DNA of 64,000 bases, taken from positions 45,012,001 to 45,076,000 of the forward strand of contig OX597814.1 of assembly GCA_951406725.2 (NCBI GenBank), given 5' to 3'. This document shows, one piece after another, positions 53,481-64,000 of the stretch. Both the position numbers and the translations under genes were made by a program. Within the stretch, counting starts at the first letter, position 1; each line of letters starts with the position of its first letter. A model generated the notes under the pieces. That model saw only the letters and a list, made by a program, of their open reading frames with translations. It did no database searches and was not told where the DNA came from. This DNA comes from Octopus vulgaris. Lineage: Eukaryota.

Positions 53481-55368
53481 CTCCTAGAAGGTTTGAATGG
53501 CACACTTCAAGATGTAATGAACAATGAGCAACTTCTCGAAGAGAAACTATTAGTCCTCAGCAGTAATTTTCAACGATACTTTCTATAGAGTGCAACAGTT
53601 TTCAGTAATTGATGCATGCAGGAAAATGTCACCAATTTAGAGTCTGCATTTCCAGACAAATCTCTCTCCCAATTAATTGAACAGTATTTATTTTGCTGCA
53701 TTCAATCAGTTATATCACTATGCAATCTTGTTGCTGATACTGGGCACAGCCAAATATTATTAATACCGACAAACATTCCCGAGATGCCATGGCGATTCTA
53801 CCCTTCGTAAACAACGAATTTCAAAGAAAATTTAGTTCAATTTGTTTATACCCAGCTAGCAAAGGATTATGAAAATGGACAATGGATTCTTTAGTTGATT
53901 AACCCTGTCAGTTCGTTGTTAGACAATGTTAATCAACTAAACGATGAAATTATGAATAAACATCCTGGAAATGTGATTACTCCATTATTTGACAGAATAT
54001 CCCACTGCAATGGTACTCGACCCGTGGTCTACAACGTTACTGACTATTTGCTGACCGTTAGTAAACTTAATGAAATTGATGCTGAGGACGTGGTACTCGA
54101 ACTACCCTTCAATCTGCATGATACCGATTTCATTCAAAGATCCTTTGTATTTAAACTGAATATATATATATTTGTATTAGAGGTAGCATTGTAAATGGAC
54201 AAACAATATAAATCTTAAAATATGCCTTTTGCCGTCAACAATGGACGATTATTGAACGAGTTGGACTGTTTTTACAGACTTCTTTTTCTGTTAGTGAACT
54301 GTACTTTCTTACACATGCAATAATTTATGTATACGTCTACGTAATTTGTGAAATAACGTGAGCACGGTTACTAAGAACTAAGTAAGTGAAACAAAAGTAG
54401 TTAATGCACCAAATTTTAGAGAGGTTCTGAAAAATGTGCCAACTGCTTTAAGGAGTGAATACTATTGCATGGAAGAAAGACTGTCGTATCTAATAAGAGA
54501 CAAGAGCTTCCAGTTACAATAAAAACCATAAAACTGAATTGTGTTCTGCACTGAAGAAAGTGTTCCTAGTGAATTGTTATTGTCTTGTGAGTCTATTACC
54601 ACACCTTTTATTCAGAGCAAAATTAAAGAAAGGCAAAAATCTATTGATGTCACTTTTATTGATGATGCTGAAAGTTACATCGATGCCAGTAATTCTTTTC
54701 TTGTCATTGTTATTGAAAGGTTAAATTTTATAACATTAATGGCAAGTAACCAGTGTACACCTGCGGGGATAATTATATCTGAAAGTAAGATAGTTGTGGT
54801 TAAGCATGAATGCCTGGTGATGTTGCATTACGTTGGTGGCAACACAGAAATAAGTATCAGCAATAAATAAATAACAAATAATATAGTCGTCACTAATATC
54901 CACTTAGATACCCGTAAGGTTCATTCAGTATAAAGGATCTAGTATATTTATGTAAAAAGAAACTGATTTTATGTTCAATAAAAACAGATGGGTCTGCTAC
55001 TTATAAAATCGAGATCTGAAACCAAAAGTTGACAACAGTTAAATAATCGATTAAGGACAAAATAAAATAAAGACATTGGCAAAAGTATCTGAAAGCACTT
55101 AACGTCTAAGAAGTGGCCATTGAGTCATACACTCTGCAGCAAATTCTTTATGGTTAGCACTTCGAAAGCACAGTCTTCTCATATAACCAACCAGACAGAT
55201 AAATCACTTTTGCTTTATTCAATGATATATTAGAAATAATTTTTTAAGAAACTGTCGTCTTTAGGAGAAGATTTATATATTACGATGAGTCCTGCGTTGC
55301 AAATCTTAATGACTTTCTCAATGGTACGTTCATTGTTGTTTACAGTTACGTATTTTACGATAGCAATG

Positions 55369-55447
<79 letters not shown>

Positions 55448-55536
55448 AATAAGCTTCCTTTGGCACCAGAAAATACACACGCATAAATACCTATTCACAT
55501 ATACACGACCAAGCACATATGTATATATGTGTGTGC

Positions 55537-55590
<54 letters not shown>

Positions 55591-55959
55591 TCCACCTACG
55601 GTAGTAGTTGAATGATATTCTTTAGGACGCAGTTTACTCACACTCATCTTTCAGAGCTTGTCGCCGCTAATGCAGTTCTTAACCAAATTGAGACATTTTT
55701 GAAGAGGACTGGTCCCTAGCTACATTTTAGCGTAGGAAAATTAAGATTTGATTCAGTAGAAAAACAATTGCCATCAAAATTTGTAGCAACGTTATAGGAG
55801 TGTAAGTAACACCATAAAAGCAGAATAGTAGGCACATTCATAATGTAAAAAAATAGGCATTGCGTCAAGACTAAAAGTATGAAGACTTGGCGATAACTTA
55901 ATTTCCACCTTCTTCCAAACACTTTATTACTCGGGAGTCACATGATCTTTGCACATTTC

Positions 55960-56785
55960 TGGGCATAGAGTTATTCCCCTTTATGGTTTCAATTTCTTGT
56001 GTGATGTTATTTTTTAGTGCTTGTAATGTTTGTTAGCATAAACCACTGATTTAAGATGTCCCCATAAGAAAAAAATGTCAAAAGAACTCAGATCCGGAGA
56101 TCTTGGTGACCATTCAACCGGTCCTCGACGTCTAATCCATTTTCTTTGAAATGTATTGCCCAAAAAAACTGCGCACGTATAATGTGGCCGAGCCCTATCC
56201 TGTTGAAACTACATATTTCTTCATACCTCTTCGAATTGCTAATGGTATGTCATCTGGGCAAGGCACATTGAATGTTTTTAATAAATGAAGGAAGGACTCC
56301 CCCGTTACCGTGATTGGGAAGAAATAAGGACCAATTATCGTACGTCCCCATATAGCCACCCACACTATAATCCTTGGACACTATTGGACGTACACACCCT
56401 CTATTCACCGAGGATTTTCTGCCGACCAATACCGTGAATTATGTCCGTTAACCGTTTAAGTAAAATATTGCTTCGTCACTGAATAAAACATGCTTTTCCA
56501 TCTGTATTTGTTCTTCAAACCACTGACAATACTCAACGCAACGATCTATGTCATCACCATGCAACTCATGTACTAATTTCACTTTATATGGATGAAAATG
56601 ATTGCGAGACAAGCTGCGGCCAATGGAACGCCTAGATACACCCGTTTCTTGTGAAACTTTACTTAAAGACTTTCGTGAGCTTCCTTCCACACGTCTGCAT
56701 ACCCGTGCAGATGTTTTAGAAACAGTTGCAGGTCTTCTTCTTCCACTGCGAGGTCGGAGAGGAGGCTTCCTGTTTCTTTGAAACG
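55960..56785 (-). mobile_element. Tc1/mariner-superfamily transposase remnant (maT/DD37D-like)
   Basis: PRSGR, HPYKVKLVHEL, FSDEAIFYLNG, NSRYW, IIGPYF, FQQD and WSPRSPDLS..FFLWG motifs. Confidence 0.85.
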
Positions 56786-57625
56786 AATATGCGTGTACAT
56801 GTCTGAGTGTATGTGTGTGTGTTGCAACTATGTACCGTGTTTGTATATATGATGTGCATCTCCATATGTATGGACACGTATCTCCATATGTGTCCTTGTA
56901 TGAAGTAAAGTGTGTATGTGTATATATAGTCATGGGTTACAGTCTTCATTTGCGTATGTGTGCTTGTCTGTTCATATAACCTATGTACCTATCCGTCTGT
57001 ATGTTGATCTGTTTATTTTGATATCCATATGCTTACATACATGTGCATATACACATATATACATACATCTATCTACATAACAGCCCACTAACTATTCTAA
57101 TCTACCTATGTAAACTGTGGGCATGGGTGTATGATATCTACTATGTATATTTCTTATTTAGTATTGGGGAAGTTTCATTTATAAGGACGTACTCCGGTAT
57201 TTGTCTGAGTGTTGGGTCTTTTGGGTGCTTGGATAAGATGCGGATGTCAAGTTGACCCAGGTTGCCACCATGTTGGTCTTTGGCAGCTTGGTAGAGTATG
57301 GAGGACTGCTTTTTGTCGTCATATTATCTCAGATCTTCCGGAACGACTAAATGAACGGCAAAGAGGCTCAAATGAGGGCAGCGACATCTCACTCCCTTAT
57401 TCACCAAATGTCACATATCAGAGGAGGATCTCAAAAATAACAGTGTAGCAGAACGGCGGTGCCCCAGCCTGGCCGCAGCTTTGAGCTAAAACCGATAAAA
57501 CATAAAAAGATAAAAAGATAAAAGATGTATATGCACAAATATATATATATTTATGCAAAAATATATATATATATACAAAAATATATTTATACATATATAT
57601 ATATATATATATATACATATATATA

Positions 57626-57705
<80 letters not shown>

Positions 57706-57915
57706 GAGAGAGAGAGGGGGAGAAAGAAAGAAAGAAAAAGAAAGAAAAAGAAAGAAAGAAAGAAAGAAAGAAAGACAGTCAACGACTATTGAAAAGGTTG
57801 CAAGACGCAACGAAAATTTTAGGAAAAATATGAGTGGAAACTTTACTGGTGACTGTGTTACATAATAAAGCACTAAAAGAGAATGACTCTCCCCTGACAC
57901 AACAATACATATACA

Positions 57916-57970
<55 letters not shown>

Positions 57971-58431
57971 GAAATGATAAAATATTGAACCGACTCTGAG
58001 TGAAATATAAATTATAAAATTAATATAAGTGAAATCTTCGTCATAAATAGGGTTATTTAAGAATTATATTTAAATTTTTCGACATTACTTTGTGTTTACG
58101 GTAACTTCGAAAAACTTTCCAAGCAAAAAATTTTTAAGTTTCTAATTACTTGATAATATTTACTTTCATAGACTATCAACTGGAACAAACATGTTTGCAA
58201 TTTTTGTTTAATTAATTATTGAAAATTATCAAAAGGCGAAATCTTAAGGTAAGCTCGTTTTTGTTCTGTTTTCGTGTGATGGCATTATTGTGTATCAAGT
58301 AAAATATAACAATAACTTAATTTGAGATCTTTTGTTGTAAACAAATAAGCAACGCATTATATTTTCAGGCACAACAATTATATACAGATTTTTCTTTTTT
58401 ATCTTTCTTTCCATCACACTGAAAATATCTA

Positions 58432-59309
<878 letters not shown>

Positions 59310-59310
<1 letters not shown>

Positions 59311-61320
59311 CATGAACGAACAAATCACACATATAACCAAACAACACAAAGAAGAAAGTAAAACATGTTCTCAAGAAACTGGAAGGCTACCGATATATGT
59401 GTATAGACGTGTTCCTCGGAGCTTAGGTGATAGGCGAAAAGGATTCGCCCACGAACCTTATCGCAGCATCCCCGAAAAACAACGGATTTACCAGATCTGT
59501 AGCATAAATATGGCGTAAAAGGTGAATTAATCCGTTGCTATGCACTCATCAGGCCATACTTGAACACACTAGATACTATTTTTTTTTAAATGATGCTCCT
59601 CAAGTGGAGCACCTGTCATAGAGAACAGTTCCAACTTTGAAACCCCATGTGGAAGGCCCAATAAGGAAGGTAACAAGGTAGCCATCAAACGAGGAGATTG
59701 AAGTTCACGAGTATGAAGAAATTGAAAAAAGAAGGAAAATGAAAGCTTTTAAGAAAAGCAGCCCTAACACCACCTCCCGAAATAGTGGAAAAGGTAAAGG
59801 AACCAATCGAAAGCCTGATGAAACAGTGTTCAGACTCAAAAGGAAAACCACAGAAAGAAACAGCGAAAGAAACAATATAGTACGAGAAGCACGTACCATC
59901 TGCAAATTTCATCTGAAAGATATCTGCTGACATGAAGAGATGGGGAAGAATTGATGCTTTGCACATCAAAATCTCAAGCAGAACGGAACCCATGGCAAAT
60001 ACGACTCTCCACCTAATCAACAAGGAAGGACAAAATCACATACAGAAAGACTCGCATCCCAGTACAGACCTGCAGTGAAGACTACTGTATTTGAAAGTTG
60101 TATACAAATGCAGTGCGGGCTGCAACCTTGGAACAATAGAATGTTTTCAAATGTGACTGGCACAAAAGATATTGTAGCAGCTGGCATGGTTGCAGGCAAA
60201 ACTAAACCATGCACATCTACACACAAGATCGCCACTAAAAAGAAAAACAGACCCAGTGTGACTACCATTGCTGAAAAGCTAGCGGTCACACCAATTCTTC
60301 TAATAAATACCGGAGGCCTCTTACAAAGCAACTGCAAGTACAAAATTGTGTACTTGAAGGATCATTCCGCATGCAATCAAATAATATGCATTGTATTTAC
60401 GGAGACGCATCTTTCTGCCGACATAAACGATGCAGAGGTACTCATACCAATGCGTACTGTATTCCCTTCAGACAGAAGGAAAAGAAGTCACGATGGAATT
60501 GTTGTACATTTGTGAAAATGTCACACCACTAACCCTATTGTCACCTTGAAACTCAATCTGTGACACATACCCATAGTTCATTTAAAGTAACATGGTGTGG
60601 TAATATGTACATCATATCACCAAACCAATGCCTCAAATTACGATGGTAAATTTGTTAAAAGCCTTACAATGATGAAACACTAACAAAACTATGTGGCAAT
60701 GTACTTCTGGTGGGTGAATTCAACTTCTCCAACAGCATATGGGTAAAAGTAAATGCTGTTCATGTAGTAAACCATACTCTCCCCAATCAGAAACAATAAC
60801 GTATTGGACCTCTGCTTCATCAACAATGTGGAACTTATCCACAATATGAATATATCGCCGACAATCATTTCAGATCACAATATGATAGAACTGATGATGT
60901 ATGGTCCCAAACTAATTAATTGTGTATTAACCAGATGACTCCCAAACGCTATCCAATCTGAATATCCACAAGGTTAACTGGAAGTTCAGACTGGACAGGG
61001 TTTTGATGCCATCCTTTTGCTTGAGTATCTGAAAAACAGATACTCCTGTAAAATTGACTTAAAAGTCTCTCTATGCAAGACATTGATATGAAACTTAAAG
61101 AATTCACGTCAGTAATACGAGTCATGCATTAGATTTGTCCCAGAGAGAGAGAGAGAGAGAGCGACTGCATACAAAAACATCATTCCTCGAGATAGGTGAG
61201 TCGTTATGAGACAGAGAATAAAGATCTCCAATCGCTTAAATAAACAGCTTCATGACAGTGAGAATTCCTTCCTCAAAGGAGGTACTTTTAGTGATCGAAA
61301 ATAAACTCAGGCTCTCTTGA
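59310..61320 (+). mobile_element. CR1-group LINE 5' half (ORF1 remnant and APE endonuclease), decayed
   Basis: ICKFHLKDIC (CCCH-like), FTETHL..I.DAEVLIP..VFPSDR, VLLVGEFNF, NNVLDLCF and ISDHNMIE. Confidence 0.8.
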
Positions 61321-61552
61321 GGTGTAGATGCAGTGGTCTTCAAAGAGCGTTTGTACAATTTTTTTATCTGAGATACCAGATTAACCCAGGCACAAAGGAG
61401 AGGTTTTCCGTCCAACTCACCACTTCACCAAAAATAGTACGTAAAAGTATACATATATATAGTGGAAATTTACCAACAAAAAACAAAAGACGAAGACGGG
61501 TGTGTAAACAACAAACAGATGTATTAGTTTAACGCTCGGGAAGTGAAAAAGT

Positions 61553-61588
61553 CTTTTACGTTTCGAGTCTACGCTCTTCGACAGAAAG
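61553..61588 (-). ncRNA. Minimal hammerhead motif with CUGUCGA core, in a short repeat (~61440-61620) adjacent to (TA)n
   Basis: Minus strand CTTT-CTGTCGA-A-GAG-cgtaga-CTC-GAAA-CG-TA-AAAG. Confidence 0.6.
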
Positions 61589-61618
61589 GAACACAGAAAT
61601 GAACAGGGAGAGAAAATA

Positions 61619-62648
<1,030 letters not shown>

Positions 62649-63782
62649 ATATCTATATAATGTATGCAAACATATATATACAAAAAGTATATGTGAATAT
62701 GCTTATAGATGCCGAAACGTATATGTGTGTGTGTATGTATATATATACATACACACACATGCGTGTATGTGCACACACGCACATACACACACACGCACAC
62801 ACACACACACACACCAGCGTATGTGTCAGTATATGGAGGTATTATTGTCACTACGAATAGCATTGAGAATTACTTAGAGTTGGGAAGATATTGTACTTTA
62901 CACATAGCTTTTAATCAATTTAGTAGCAATACAAACAAAGCATTGTGTATGATTCACTTCTGTATTTTAGCTGGTAATTGAAGCAATCTCTCGTTGTAAC
63001 GATACATTCTGCTGTTAGTTCCAAATGTTGTCGTAAATTTGGAGACAAGTCTGTTGAAAACTGAAAATAATACAAAAGCTGTGGTATGTATGATAGTAAT
63101 TAAATGTAAGGACACGAAAATAAAATGTTTTTAAATGTGATTAAAACTGAGAGTTTCAGGAAAAGGGCGATGAGAATTCTCATTTTTTGTCTTCTAAAGT
63201 ACATTTGCAACATAAGGAATTGCTCTAAAGGACAATCGAAACCAACTTTTGACCTTCATTCTCGTAAAGTATCTTTGGTCGTTTTCAAAACTATCTCTGG
63301 TCATCACTTACATCGCAAACCAGGATACGTGTCAGAACACGTGGTGAATTTGACTGTTATAGACTAGTGTCCTATCCAGTGTAACTAGAGCCCTATCTCT
63401 TAATTTCACATAGTGAAAGTGGTGAAAACATAGAGAAACCATTTCTTCAGAAATCTCTGTTCATGCTAAATATACTGGCTCTCTAAAGATCATCAACGCT
63501 AGAATATCTATTTACAGTGGTGTATGATTAGGAATACTAGCTATACTGACTCGTTAATTTCCTTAAGAAATTATTTTCATTGTTCCGTTGCTACAGTATC
63601 AGAGTCCAAAGTGAGAGTTATAGCAAAGTCGATACTACTATTTATATAATATGGATTATATAAATAATCAGTTTTGCTTAAATGGTTATGTATTAAATAC
63701 CAACTCTGCTAAATTTTTTTACAAACAAAACATAAAGACGGTGTCTCTATTTGTTGGCCATCAATATTTTCAGCAATATGGA

Positions 63783-64000
63783 AGGCGGCGAGCTGGCAGA
63801 AACGTTAGCACGCCGGGCGAAATGCTTAGCGGTATTTCGTCTGCTGTTACGTTCTGAGTTCAAATTCTGCCGAGGTCGACTTTGCTTTTCATCCTTTCAG
63901 GGTCGATAATTTAAGTACCAGTTACGCACTGGGGCCGATGTAATCGACTTAATCCATTTGTCTGTCCTTGTTTGTCCACTCTATGTTTAGCCCCTTGTGG
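63783..64000 (+). mobile_element. SINE family A (runs off the window end)
   Basis: ggcggcgagctggcagaaacgttagcacgccgggcgaaatgc... Confidence 0.93.

Larger units (their letters stand above)
49550..54942 (+). mobile_element. Decayed Helitron (Rep-PIF1 helicase), interrupted at ~51429-53480
   Basis: DAKHFRK..RRCNN; LQFCVDQCAKVQSARFRDIRINQQALQAD; FDAMAIVRKFGNSTLFVTFTFKPKSEEI (Rep motif 1); helicase LLEGLNGTLQDVMNN...LLVLSSNFQR and IERVGLFL. Possible 3' end: a degenerate hairpin, then CTAG|T at 54939-54943. Confidence 0.8.

Overview
AT-rich, microsatellite-dense eukaryotic DNA. The SINE families and repeat landscape point to an octopus or other cephalopod genome (inference). No host protein-coding gene can be called confidently; there are only a few weak candidate exons. 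The window is a transposon graveyard: mariner, maT-like and Tc1-type DNA transposons and MITEs, a decayed Helitron, R4/Dong-type, CR1-type and RTE-type LINE pieces, Penelope-like element (PLE) RT and GIY-YIG fragments, and many tRNA-derived SINEs. The most notable structure the ORF track does not explain is a set of about nine minimal type-I hammerhead ribozyme (HHR) motifs in several unrelated short repeats, most beside microsatellites. One has a swapped G3:C8 core pair and lies in a 247-bp insertion with a 13-bp target-site duplication and a 5'-inverted arm. Two others lie in a module found directly after the (TAA)n tails of two near-identical young Dong-type LINE copies. All structures were read by eye and none was tested computationally.
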